Shown: piece by piece, positions 22,925 to 36,235 of the stretch
How the letters are laid out: the number at the start of each line of letters is the position of its first letter
Position numbering within the stretch: position 1 is the first letter of the stretch
DNA from: Entomortierella parvispora E1425
Taxonomy: Eukaryota > Fungi > Mortierellomycota
Direction of reading: 5' to 3'
DNA length: 64,000 nucleotides
Assembly (NCBI GenBank): GCA_020891255.1
Contig: BQFW01000002.1
Span: forward strand, 3,658,001 to 3,722,000
Notes under the pieces: model-generated
What the model saw: only the letters and a program-made list of their open reading frames with translations
Databases searched by the model: none
Told to the model about the DNA's origin: nothing
Position numbers and translations under genes: made by a program

Positions 22925-25900
22925 ATGTACCCGCAGCCAGGGCATTACCCCTACGGCCAACAGCCACCTCCGCCGTCGCAGCAACAGCAGTTCCAGCCCT
23001 ATCCTCCCCCACAGCACCTTCCGCACCACCAGCAGCCACTCCCAACCCCTCCTGCGTCCAACTCAACCCCCCCACCTTACACTCCATGGCCTGGCTATCC
23101 CCCTCAGTCGCAGTCTCAGCAGCAGCAGCAGCGACCTGTCTACCAGCCCCAGACCCATCATCGCCTCCCAAGCCAGGGACCGCCCACGACGCGTCCAGTC
23201 TCGGGTTCCGGCTTTAAACCGTACCAACCGCAGACCACCCCTTCCTTTGGTCCCCCTTCGTCGTTTTACAACGGCGGCATGTCCTCCTTCCCTACCTCGC
23301 AGCCTACTCCTCCGGCAGTGTCCCCCAGCCTGTCGAGTGGCCCTACCTTTGGTGGCGTCGCTGTCTCTCAGGCGCCCAGCTCCAGTGGTTCCACCGGCTC
23401 CTCCGCCCCCAATGCGCCTCCAGACGCTCTGTACAAAGCAGAGATGACCGAGGCTCAGGTGCAGAAATGGCAGACTCAGCAGACACAGCAAAATATCAAG
23501 GTGGAGGTGGTAGAGACTACCTCTGCCCCCCAAGCCCGTCCCGGCATCACGCCTCCAAAGCAATCCAATCCCGGTGGCGCTTACTATGGCGCAAGTCAAT
23601 TGCAACAGCAACAGGACCAACAGCCCTCGTCTCTCGACATTCAGGCACAGATCCAACTCCAACTCCAGCGTCAGAGTCAGTTGCAGGCCATTCACCAGAA
23701 TGGTCGCCACCAGAGCTACATGGGGGGTGCTTCCTCAACTCCTCCTGCGGCGGCTCACAGTCCATACATAGCACCCGCTGGATTGCAGCCCACGCCTGTC
23801 GAGTATCAGTCCTCGCTGACAGACATCACGCCCGTTCTGTCGCACAAGAACGAATCTTCGCTGACCACACTTGACCCTTCGATCTCGGTCAGCGCAGGCC
23901 TGCATGCTAGGAACACCCAACCTTATTCGTCACCCTCCAATGGATCGTACCCCGCACAGCCCTCTGCCATCGAGCTTCAGTCCTCCTTGACAGAGGTTGA
24001 CTCCACAGTAACTGCAGCACTCCCAGGACGGGCATCTGGTCCGTCATCAGGAGCGACGCCAAGGCCAGTTTCGGGATCAGGGTATGGGCAATCTAGTTCT
24101 CCCATGCAACCAAACAATGGCAGATATCAAAACTTTGGTCAGCCGTCGTATCCCTCCGCCATCGAGGAGCAGTCATCACTGACCGAGATCGACAACCTGC
24201 CCCATCCGATCGAGGCACAGTCATCACTGACCGAGCTGGATAACCTGCCCCATCCTATCGAGGCGCAATCCTCATTGACGGAACTGGACAGCTTGCCACA
24301 TCCTATTGAAGCTCAGTCGTCCTTGACAGAGCTGGACGATTTGCCACACCCCATCGAAGCTCAGTCCTCATTGACGGAGCTGGACAATTTGCCTCACCCG
24401 ATCGAAGCGCAGTCAGCGCTGACAGAAGTCGACACTCTGCCATATGGACTTCAGGAGCAGTCGGCATTGACCGAGCTCGACGACTTGCCCAGCGCTCTGG
24501 AGGATCAGTCCTCATTGACGGTTGTCGATAATTTGCCAAACTCATTGAATGAACAGTCACCCTTGACTGAAGTGGATGACATTGATCAATCGCAGTCCGA
24601 TAATTCCATCAAGAGCTCGAGTAGTCCAGCGACATCCCATCCACTAGAGTCTCCCACTGCAACAAAAGCCGGGCCTAGCATCGTCCAGTCCGTGTCTCCA
24701 GTATCATCCCCGGGACAGTCGGCCACGGGCGCCGCTTCCTCATTTTCAATGAGCAATTGGACACTGCCATCTGAATTTTCCGACCCATCCAACTGGCCCG
24801 ACGCTGATCAGAACAACGAAATGGATGCACCATCCAGTCGTGGTCATTCAAGGTCGCCTGCAATGCACATTGATACATCATTGGCCTCAGTTAATGAGAG
24901 GCTGGATCAGACGGAAAACAAGGGTGGTAGCATTTTGATCCCACTCAGTCCTACAACTGCCGAAAGCTCTGGAGCAAATACACCTCTCTGGAAAACCCTT
25001 TCGCCTTCCAATTCATTCAAGAAAAAAACACAGACCCTCGGAGGCAAAACTCCAGTACCGCCACCCAAACCTGCATCCATCTCGGCCGCAAAGATAAACC
25101 ATCCCCAAGCAGGATCCTCTGGAGCGAGGTTTACGGTGTCGGAGGAAATTAACCTTCTGGGTGGTACCGCAGCAACACATGCCCCAGTTTCATCCGCTTC
25201 AGCTACGCCCAATGTTCTTATTTATGAGGAAGGTGAAGATGACGCGGTTTCTCTTGGAGAGGACGACAATGACCATGTGGACGACGGTGTCAGCGCATTT
25301 ATTCGGGAGCTTCAATCCAGCATTCCTATTTCGAATTCAGAGTCCAACGGCAGCTTCACAGCAGATAGCTTGACTGTAGGGTCTCTTAAACGGACAGAGA
25401 GCAACAGTAGCAGGAGGAGTCAGATCGCCAGGGCCATAACTCCAGAGCCTACAGCAGACACCAGGAGAGAGACGGCCCCTGACCCACTGCCTGCAACTGA
25501 GCCACCTGTTGATACTGCAATCTATGAGTTGCAGCAGTTGGAGGCTACGCAGTTTGAGTGGACTTTTACAGAGTCTGAACAATCCACTTATGAACGCATC
25601 TTTGGTTTATGGGAGCGTCCCGCCGAGGATTGTGTGTCAGGTATGCTCATTTGCTGGCGTCGTCCAAGGCAGGGACTTGTTGCTAAAATCTCTGATGACT
25701 AACTTGAATCGCCTCCTGTGTATAGCTGATATCGCCGGCAAGGTCTTTATGACTCTTGGTCTCATGAAGGATGACCTACGCAAGATTTGGTAAGAGCAAA
25801 AATAGCCCCATTTCAAATGGATGGACTTCACAGATGTTCCTAATACTGTCTTCGATTTCCACCAACAGGGAATTGCTGAACCCAGAGGAGAAGCCTATCC

Positions 25901-28839
25901 TGACTCGTACCCAGTTCATTGCTGGACTGCATCTTGTCAACTGCAAGGCGGTTGGATATGAGCTGCCACATGACCTCCCGGATGAACTCATGATGTCTGC
26001 AGCAGCAGTTGGTCGTGTCATTGTCCCTCCTCGCCCAACGCAAGGGCCCTCTTTGATTCTCCCTGGCGCCTCTGAGTTTAGCACACCGGTGACAAGCCTG
26101 GTCCACCAAGATCCCTATGTCCGACCTGCCTCGCCCATGCTGCCTCCAATGGTGTCCCCGCCTCCTCCGACACAGCAACCAACGGGGTCTAGCTTCATAT
26201 TTTCATACACAGGAATGCCTAAAGACTTTGGCTCCCCAGCAGCGGCCCCTATACCCAGCTACTCAGATTCTATGGCCGCGGAACCCACATTTGTTTACCA
26301 GCAGCAGCAACAATTCCAGTCATCTATGAGCTCTGACATGTTTGCTCCTCAGCCCATGGACCCACCTCCTGCTCAAATTTCGACCTTTATGGATAAAAGC
26401 ATGCCTGTTCCGGCCCCTCGACCCTATAGTGGGTCAATTCCTTCTTCTGGGAACAACTCTGCCGGCAATTCAAATGAAGTTTTCCCAAGAGAGTACATAC
26501 CTGGCCCACACGCGGTGCAGCATCCTGGGGCAGAGGCTCCCATCCGTCTGTCTTTTGAGGATGATTTAGACATTCAACGTTCTATGATGCCTGCCAGCAC
26601 TACTTTCGCCCCCCCGGTGCCGGCAACATGCGTGAACAAAGATGGATCGAATCAAGTGGAGAGTCAGTCGACAGCAGGAGCAGTCGTTCCTGTCAATGTG
26701 CAGAGCGATCCCATTGTTGAAAATTCGGCTCTGTACGCCTCTCCACCAGATGCTTGGGATCATGATGCAGCCCCTCCAGAGCTCGATGTCGAAGGCAACT
26801 CTATCAGATATAAATGTAACGTGTTGAGACAGCCTAGTTACGAATCGCGTGAACCGTACTTGGATTCTTGAGACTAACTCTCATCATTCTTCTTTGTTTG
26901 CTCTCTAGCCCACTTTAAGAACGATATGACAGTATCAGCTTCGGTTACCGCCAACCACCCTATCAATCCAAAATCGGGCGTCTTTTACTTTGAGATCATG
27001 ATCGACCGTTTCAAAGGTGGAAGCGCTATCAGTATCGGAATTGCAAGCAAGGATCTCCGTAAAAACTGCCAAGTTGGTAAGCAAGGAGTTTTTTTTCCCT
27101 TGGATTTTGTAGATGGTCTTTTGTTTTCTATCAGGTCCTCCTCTGCTGTTATTGACGTTTTTGACGTTTAAACAATCTTTTTTTAGGGTGGGATCTCAAT
27201 TCATGGGGATATCACAGTGATGATGGTTGCCTTTACTTTGGAAATGGCAAGCAAAATATCAAGTACTCATTCGACTATGATGAAGGGACCACCGTCGGAT
27301 GTGGTGTCAATTTCTTGGACAAGTCCATATTCTTCACCCTCAATGGCGAGCAACAGGGTGTGGCTTTCAAGTTTTTGAAGACATCTATTCCACTGTATCC
27401 CGCCATCGGTCTCTCTCAAGCAGGAACAGATATCAATGCCAACTTTGGCGACCAGACATTCCTGTTTGATATCGTTCGTTACAAGAAGGTAAGCGATGGG
27501 GGGCGCTTTCATTCATGCATTAGAAGTTGGGTTCCACAACACTGGTCATTGTATCTGACTTTGGGCATTGACCCTTTTTTTTTTTTTTTTGAAATTTATC
27601 CAGGCCGTCATGTCCAAGGCCATTCATGTTCCTCCTCCTATGGTTTGGAACAATGGACAAAGAAATGATAAGGTCTTTTCAATCCTACCGGACGGACTAT
27701 CCGTCATTGCCAGTGGTAAGGAAGATTAGGAACGTATCCTTGCTCAACTATGACCAATTGGCGCATTTTAACCTTTTTTTTGGGAAACAATTGTAGGAAG
27801 CGACGCTGGATGCATTCGAGGACCCTTGGTCTCCCCTCGTGATAAGGACGTGTTTTACTTTGAGATCACCATCCTCTACATGCCGAAAACCGAACTTGGG
27901 TAAGAGTCGAGACTTCATCATCAGGAACCTGTTGTGTGTGTGCGCGTGTCTGTCTGCATGTCGCTGCGTGAATATGAGCTCATTTTCTACGGAATTTCCT
28001 GTACACCCACCCCTCGCATCCATGCCTGCTCTTTCCATGCCCTGGAAAACAACAACAACAAAACAAGGTCTTTCTAGGAGGTGGAAGGGCACGGAGGACA
28101 TGCACCGTTGGGCCAGAGAGGGGTGGAAAGACGTTCGAGGACCAAGGGGCTGATTTTCGACTGCAGCTTTGTTTACAACGTCATTTTTCTTTTTCTCTTT
28201 TGTTGACATTGACCAGTCTTGTTATTAATCCCTTATTTTCTTTTTATGATTCTAAACATGATTCTTTCTTTTATAATGTCGGTCAATCTCTATAGAACAA
28301 TCTTGGTTGGTATCTGTGGCAGGGATCAAAACATGAAGGAGACCGTAGGTTGGAAGCCGAACTCCTATGGTTATTCGGGAGAGTCGGGCGATTTCCTCTC
28401 ACGCTCCTCCAACCGCTCATCTCTCAACGCAAAGTCTTTGTCGGGCAAGATGAAGGCCCGGGCGCGTGGACCCCCCTTCCGCTCGGGATCTGTGGTGGGC
28501 TGTGGAGTCGACTTTGCGGCTCGAGAGCTATTCTTTACCATCAATGGTGAATGTTTGGGTCAGGCGTTCTATGACGTGGATGTGCTAGACTGCTACCCCT
28601 GTGTTTCGGTCGTGGATGGAGGTGGCGGTGGCGTTGGAGGACCGTTGTCCATGTTGAGGGAACAACCCGATGACAAGTCAGGGGCCACAGCGTCGTCTCC
28701 TTTCAATTCAAGGGATTCAACACATGCGGCGACCATTGGATCAAGCGAGCGGACAGGATTTGAGTTCAAGGCCAACTTTGGGCAGTACCCGTTCATGTTT
28801 GACCTTCAGGCCTTTGAGGCCTCGGGAGGACAAGCGTAA
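22925..28839 (+). CDS. Large protein: Pro/Gln/Ser IDR + 16-aa repeat + EH-like domain + two SPRY domains (about 8 exons)
   Basis: In-frame splicing checked by hand (donors near 25641, 25790, 26820, 27077, 27489, 27716, 27901). EH-like YERIFGLW...DLRKIWELL...QFIAGLHLV. SPRY motifs FYFEIMI...WGYHSDDG...VGCGVNF...FFTLNG...LYPAIG...NFG and FYFEITI...YGYSGESG...VVGCGVDF...FFTINGE...NFGQYPF. Confidence 0.85.
24149..24580 (+). repeat. Coding tandem repeat, 9 x 48 nt (consensus LPHPIEAQSSLTELDN)
   Basis: Read directly from the translation. The units differ at many synonymous positions. Confidence 0.95.
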
Positions 28840-28871
28840 CTGCTTGCACCCAATGGCAAAAAGTAAGAAGC

Positions 28872-28902
<31 letters not shown>

Positions 28903-31017
28903 CTTGGAAATTCGCCTGTGTAGCTGTATGTCGTTGCCCTGCTGTGGGCAACAAAAGAGCAATTGAAGTTGAGAGGAAAGTGGGGGATCGGGCAAATCGG
29001 AGTCTCTATTTCGAAGAGAATCTCTGGGAGAGTCTCTGGGAGAGTCTCTGCTGGGAGCCAAAAAAGAGCGCGTCCCAGTCAGACAAGAGCAGCAAAGAAG
29101 AGTTGGTCCGATCTCCTGCCTTTCTAAAATCGCCCGACACTCAAAAAAAAAAAAAAAAAAAAAAAAAAGGTTCGGCAAAATGAAACATTTGAACAAACCG
29201 TTGGCGACGATCTCACTTGAACTTTACTCTGCCAGACGACAGTAGCGGGTCTAAAGTCACTGGGGACTTCGGTCGGATCTGAAAAAAAAAAGGTCGAGGC
29301 TTGTTCTAGGTATCATTCTTTGACAACCTGTCAAAAACGGGCAAACAGGAAAATAGAGTAAAAAAAAAAAAAAAAAAAAAAAACGCCCATCGATTATTAA
29401 TTGCCTTTGAAAAGGACGAATAGATTCGGGATGAGTGAGGGTAGGGGCAAAGAGAGTGTGTCAAGTAGGGATATTCTTTTCTGCATCGATCGTCGTCATG
29501 GTGTCATGGACGTCATCTATGATTAAATGAAGAAAAATAAAACAACCCCCGTCCCAGGCTGGGATAGTCTACAGTAGGGGAAGCAAAACATGTGTGCTCT
29601 ATTGCATGCAGCAACAGACCCAAGGTTGAACAACAAATCCCTCCATGTTTTCTTCAATTGAATCCCCCCCAATCCCAAGACATTATATAAATCCTATCTC
29701 TTTCACACACACTCTCTCTCGCTGTTTCTCACAGTTCATCATGGTCCCCCATTTTTTTTAGTTTGGAAAACTCGTACAACTTTGTCGTTTTTTATTTTAC
29801 CCTTTGTTTTCTTTTTGCTGTTTAGCGCCGATTCCAGACAGAGATTCATACCCAATCGAGGACTGAATTGAAGACTAGACCTTCTTTAGAACGGGTTTAG
29901 TTTGTATTTTAGTGTCCATTGTTGGCCATCAGGGTACTTTTTTCTCTGCCGCAAAAAAAAAAAAAAAAAAAAAAAAGAAAAGAAAGAGAGCGAAAAGGGA
30001 ACAAGGGGAGAGAAGGGAGAGAAGAGGAGAGAGACGGAGCAAAAAAAAACACGCATCCTTCACAAACGCACGCCCTAACGCTGTCCCACGTTAGATGAAC
30101 GGGAAAAGAGGAGATGGAGCGAGCGACATGGAGACAGAGAGAAGAAGAAAGGGGAGCTCCCACGAGATCTGCTCTATTTTTTTTTTCTTTTCCCTTTTCA
30201 ACGTGTGGTGCAACAAATAGAACGGACAAGCGCGAGATCATTCTTACTTTTTTTTTTTTTTTTGACATTCTAAACAGATCAACTTTTGCTTTGCCAATAG
30301 GGCGACTTGAATGTAGGCGGATCAAACTCTCCAAGGTCATTAGTCCTACCTGATGGAGCCCTGCAGCTCAAGAATGCAATGGATCATTTGCCCAAAAAAA
30401 AAAAATTGTGGTAACCCGCATGGGGGGGAGAGTTCACGGTACACGAGGGCTTTTTTTTTAGCTCGAGTGTCGGTGCGTAAAACAAGGTGAAGAGGATGGA
30501 TGGGATCTAAAGATTTCGTCACCCTTCTTTTCTCTCGTTACGAGCTTCGCGTTTTTTTTGCCCTTGCTGGCTTCCCTTTTTCTATATAGTCCATGTGCTA
30601 AGGGAAGGGTCGGTCTAAATCAACCTTCTTTCAATTGCATTCGTCAGTTAGGGAAATAGTTGGATAGGGAGAAGTGACAAGAGCACGCCAGCAGGCAGGG
30701 TCCCCTAAAGAAGGGTAGTTCAAAAGCCGAGTCCTATACAGTGTTTTCCATGCCGGTGGAAGGGGGAAAAAAATGTATTTTGCAAAAAATGACGTGTAGG
30801 AAGGATGGGCCCACCTCGGTGACCCTATGACGCTTCCGAGGAAAGAGGGGGGAGGGGGACGGGTCGACATGAAAAAGCATCCAGACCCTTTTGAACACGT
30901 CAGAGATAACTAGTTGGGGCCGTTCGCTCTTTTCATCCTGAAAATGAGGATGCAAGGCACAGGTACCGGGGAGCTGGGGGTGAGGGGGAGGGAAAGGGGG
31001 ATCGTGGTCAGACCGTC

Positions 31018-31056
<39 letters not shown>

Positions 31057-31324
31057 ACGTTCCCAGGAAGCAGTCACGCGGCATCTGGGAGGAGGGCGAA
31101 TGAGAGCGGAGCAAAACGCGTCATTGTTGACAAGGTTTGTGATTGAATGACATGACATCATTGTCAATTCAATGGCAGAAAACAGAATACAAGGACAAAA
31201 GTATTGTTCATTCTTCGAAAAAGAGACAAGAGAGAGCAAAGAGAACCCTTGAGAGCAAAAACGCTTTTTGGATTTTATTGAGTTTTTTTACAATAATAAT
31301 AATAATTTGTTGTGTGTGGGAGCA

Positions 31325-31325
31325 A

Positions 31326-31364
<39 letters not shown>

Positions 31365-31365
31365 C
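31325..31365. repeat. (TTG)n microsatellite; representative of many SSRs and poly-A/T tracts (e.g. about A35 at 31019-31053, (TGAATGTC)n near 32377-32412, (GA)n near 36195-36232)
   Basis: Seen directly in the sequence. Confidence 0.9.
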
Positions 31366-32970
31366 GTCACTCGACGGGTTCGTTCGTTGTTTGTTGCAGG
31401 TACTGTAGAAGAGAAAGTGTGTGTGTGGATACATTCATCTTTTTTTTTTGTCCTATGTTTGCAGAGACATGCGGTGCGATGCTGCATTGCGCTTTTTTGC
31501 GTTCCTGTAGACCATTTTGGAGCAAATAGAAACATATGCACGCAAAGTGAACACACACTCACACACGCACCCATAACAAGGGAAAAACAAAAGATCTGTC
31601 AGGGCAATGTCCATTTGCTTGTTGGGAAATCAGTCATCAAAGCAGAGAAGGGGGATGGAGCGCGCAGAACAAGAGGGGTGGAAGAGAGGACAAAGTGGCG
31701 GACAATACCAGTTTTTGGAAACGGCTCTTTCCATTGATGTTCTTTTAGATGTTCGCTTTGTTGATCACCACTGCGGCTCCTTCTCTGTCTGACCCAAACA
31801 TCGGACAGGAGATGTCACCTAAAAAAAAAAAAAGGCACCATCGACAAAAGGCGCAGGAGCATTGCATTTTACTCCCATGATGGATGTGGTCAGTTGAGAG
31901 GTGTGTGAGTCAGTCGGGCAAAGGGCTATGTGCGTTTTGTCAGCTTTTTTGAGATTGTGCAGATTCTCTCAGCCAAAGAGCACGAGCGGATCCCACTTTC
32001 CAGAACGAGCAAGAGCGCGAACGGACGACACAAATGAGGAGGAGGAGGAGGTCGAAGCGGGCCAGGGAAGATTGAAAAAGAATGGCTCCATTGCCTGCCA
32101 GGCGCGAGCGCGCGCGGCGGTCGGGGCGGGGCAGCAGCAGCTGGAACATCATCGACATCATCGGACTAGCTGCGCTAGTGTCGAGTGACGAGAACGAAAG
32201 AAGAGTGGAAGCAACGCAAGGATGACAAGAGGAGGAAAGGAGGGAAAGGGAAAAAAAAATAATAAAATAAAAAATCCCAAAAAATCCGAAAAAGACGTGC
32301 TAGCCCCATGGAGAAACCAGTGAGCCAGCTTCCACCCCATTGCGTGAGACCTACGGATTCTGGTTTTTTTTTTTGTCTGAATGTCTGAATGTCTGAATGT
32401 CTGAATGTCTGAATAATGTCTTCTGTGCGCTGTTTCCCTCCTTTCTTTCTTTCTCTCTTCTCTTCTCTCTCTCTTTCCTCATCAATCAATCTTTCTCTGC
32501 ATCAATCATTCTCTCTCCTTGCTCGGCCATCTCCACAGTCCATTCTTCTTCCTCCCTCTCAACGACAATCGGCCTCATCCAACCCCCCATATCTGCAACC
32601 AAACCAACGGACTCGCATCATCTTTGCAATCTTAACCCTAATTGCACCCACCCATCTCGACATCCTCCCACACAGCGCCACCTGCCTGCATTACCAATCG
32701 TCCTTCACTCATCTGACCCTTCTTTTTTTACGCTCGCTCTTCCTTTCACTTTGACAACTCTTGCTCACCACTTCCACCTACTTTCCCATCAGCCCCATCC
32801 ACTCTCCATCCACTCTCCATCCACCCTCCATCCACTCGTCCCTTCATTCCCACTTGTCTCTCTCTATTCGTCTCTTGCCCGACCTGCCTTCTCTTCTCGG
32901 ACAACACTCTTTGCAACCACCCACTGCCTCTTTCCCTTCAGTGCTGCACCGGTCCAACGCCCACCAGTCA

Positions 32971-34584
32971 ATGGCTCTGGATCCAGACCTTGCCAGTCTC
33001 CCTCTCCTCACTTCGCACCTTTCCCCCTCCACGTCCTCCGACAGTGTCCACTCCCACCCCACTTTATCCTCCACAGGTGCAGTTCGCAGCCGTGCAGCAA
33101 CAGACCTTCCTTCCAAATCCATGACCACTAGCACCTCTGCGGCCATGGTTCAGAGTCCCGAGGCATCCTCCGCCTCCGGGTGCATAGAGCCCTGGAGCGA
33201 TCCCGAGCTTCCTTCCTCCTATTCCTCCAACTCTTCCTCCTCCAATCCACCTCCCCCCCCCACCGCTGCCAATGGAAGCAGTGCACAAAACCAAATCTTC
33301 AGCACCGCCGGCCATCCAAGGAGTAGTAGCAGTTATAACGGCGACTTGAAAAGTAGTAGTGGTGGTGGAGACAGTGTCAGTGTCAGTGGCAGTGGCAGTG
33401 GCAGCGTTGTTGCAAATGGTGGTCGGCGCATGACAAATGCAGATAAGACAACCGGAGGCTCTTCTTCCACCACTGCTCCTACTGCTTCTGCTTACTCTTC
33501 CTCTTCATCCTCGTCCTCATGGTCGTCCAATGCGTCGTCCTCGTTTGCGGCGGCGTCCTCCCCTTGGTGCCGTACCCTGACGTCGTCCTCATCCAACTCT
33601 TCGATCGACTCGAATTTGTCGCTGTGTTCGTCGTCCTCGTTCTTGAGCAGCGAACAAAAGAGACAACTGCAACAACAACAACAACAACAACAGGCACAAA
33701 GAGAACAGCAACAGCAACATGCACAAGGTAAGAATTGACAAGATAGCTAGATCGACCACATTTTGTTTGGACCCATAGGGCGGACAGCCTGCCTCTTTTT
33801 TTTTCCTTTCTTTTTCCTCACCCACCCCACATTGGGATGTATCCCTTTTGATCGATTGGATCAGAGGTGTCATTACCGACAATCAGACGAAAAAAAGAAG
33901 AGACCTCCACACGACGACACCCCGCCTATGGTGGAGAGGCAAGCCCCGTCGCTAGCCTTCTTCACCTCTTCAACAAAGCCCGATGCCCTCCCATGCCATG
34001 CATCGCTCGCTGTTGTTGTGCCCTCCTCCTCCTCCTGCTCCTCCTCTTCTACTCCTCCTCTCTCCACTTTTGAATTCCTACTCTTTTCCTATTCTCGTTT
34101 CAACAACGCTCTCTTTTCCCTTCCATTTCCATTTCCCTGACGGCTGCTCTGTAAGCAAGCAACCACGCTCTCACTCACACCGAATCATATCGTCCCCCAC
34201 GCCACGCAAACACTTTACACCCATACAAACAACTTGGATTACTACACACAACAGACCTGCATCGCATCGCATCGCATGTCGCGCGAAGCTCTCTCTCTCT
34301 TTCTCTTTCTCCTTCTCTCTCTCTTTCTCTATCTCTATCTCTGGTTGCTCTCATCCTTTGCATCCTCGTCCTTCATCATCACCCCCACCACCCCCACCGT
34401 CTCCTCTTTGCTCCTCCTCCTCCTTCTGCCCCTTCACCCTCATCCACCCTCCACCCTCCACCATCTACCTGCCACACCCCACCACAAAACAGATCGCCTG
34501 CTCGCGCTGTTTGTCGTCGTCCCATATTCCGATACACAATCCCTGATTTCACCTGTGCACCTTGTCCCCTCTTATCAATTCCTT

Positions 34585-34615
<31 letters not shown>

Positions 34616-36193
34616 CTTCCGTCCTTCCGTCCTTCCGCTCTCTTCATTTCATTTTCCTCACTATTTCTATTTATTGCTTGCCTCCCTCTCACCTTTCTCC
34701 CTCCCTCCCTCTCTCGCGCTCTCCCTCTTCCTTTCTCTCTCTCTCCTCCCTTCCCTCTCTTTCATTTTCAAACTAAACAGAACTAGCATCTGGACCATCA
34801 GGACCAGGGCTCCGAAAGAGAGTTCCTGCTCGATCCCTGTCCTCTTCCTCAGCGGCTTCAACTTCCTCCGTCATGGCCGACCTCTTTCATCGCCAGGCCT
34901 CCTCCTCTGGCAGCAGCCCCATGTTCCCAACCAGCCACAGCCGCTCGTTTGTCTCCAGCGACCAGTCTGCAGGCCATCACCACATCGGCCTCGGCTCTTT
35001 CCTCCTCTGGCTCAGAGAACACCCCTCTTCCACCAACGTTGGCTCTGAGAACCTAGCCCGCTTCTTGCTCGTCAAGAGTGTGTCCTTGATGGCCGCCTCC
35101 TTGGGCTGTCTCTACGGCCTTGTGTTTGACCGTCAGCTCTCCATCTCGGCTTGCTCCTGCCTCCTTCTCTTTTTGCCTGCACTCCAGGGTGCAACTGGTG
35201 CCACCAGGATCTGCGGCCTCATTCTTTCGCTCGCTTTGACCACTGTCGCCTTGAGTTTCCAAACGCGCGATCTTCCCCTCGTGGGCCCCAGCCTCGAGTC
35301 GACTCTTCTTTTTGGACTCCCTCTTGTCACTGGAATGCTTGTGGGTCGTAAAGTCGGTCTGGCGACTTCCCTCGCTGTCATGTGCTACTCCATAGAGGAA
35401 TACCGCTCAAAGATCAGGGTAAGGAAGGATCCTCTTGTCTCTGTGTGTATGATGTTATGTTTATGCCTCTATCCTCTTCCTCTCTCCTCCCCCTTTCTTG
35501 GTGGCCCATTTGAACTAACTAGTACATCATCATGATCCTTTAGACTACGGTCCTGTCTGAAGAAGAGGCCGCCCGTCTTTGGGCCGGCTTCGGCGCCTAT
35601 TGGATCTCGCTCTTCTTCATGGGTGCATTGACCTGTTTATACCAATGGTGTGTCGAGGTCTGCGTCAAAGAAGCCAACCTCTTCAAGGACCTCGCAGTCG
35701 CCAATGCAAAGTCAAAGGACGGAGTAGTATCGTCTGTCTCCCATGAGCTTCGGTAAGCAATCGCCGCCTGTTGTGCTTTGTGCCTCCTTGTCAACCTGAG
35801 AATAGGTTCAATCCTGACACACTGGTCTTTTTGTAGGACTCCGCTTGCTGCCTTGATTGGATGGACAGAGCTGTTGATGGGTGATCAGACACTGAATGCC
35901 AGTGCACAGTCCACGGTCTCGATGTTGCACTCTTCCACTCTCTCGCTGTTGACCATCTTGAACGCGCTCTTGGACGTGTCCAAGGTGTCGGCCGCAAAGA
36001 TGACCAACTGCAGCCAAAACTTTAATCTCCATGACCTGGTGCTGGACACTGTCAGGATGATGACGGGCTTGTCCGGTACCCGAACTGTCGAGCTCCTGGT
36101 CGACTTTAGCGCCGAAGTACCAGAGTTGGTCCGCGCAGACTCTGGCATCATCAAGCAGGTTTTGGGCAACCTGATTTCCAATGCCATTAAGGT

Positions 36194-36235
<42 letters not shown>

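Noticed and set aside
24149-24580. CRISPR-like periodic array
   Set aside because: In-frame 48-nt coding repeat without unique spacers, in a eukaryotic gene.
28850-32900. Poly-Lys, Phe, Val and Cys ORFs
   Set aside because: Artefacts of A/T homopolymers and microsatellites in intergenic DNA.
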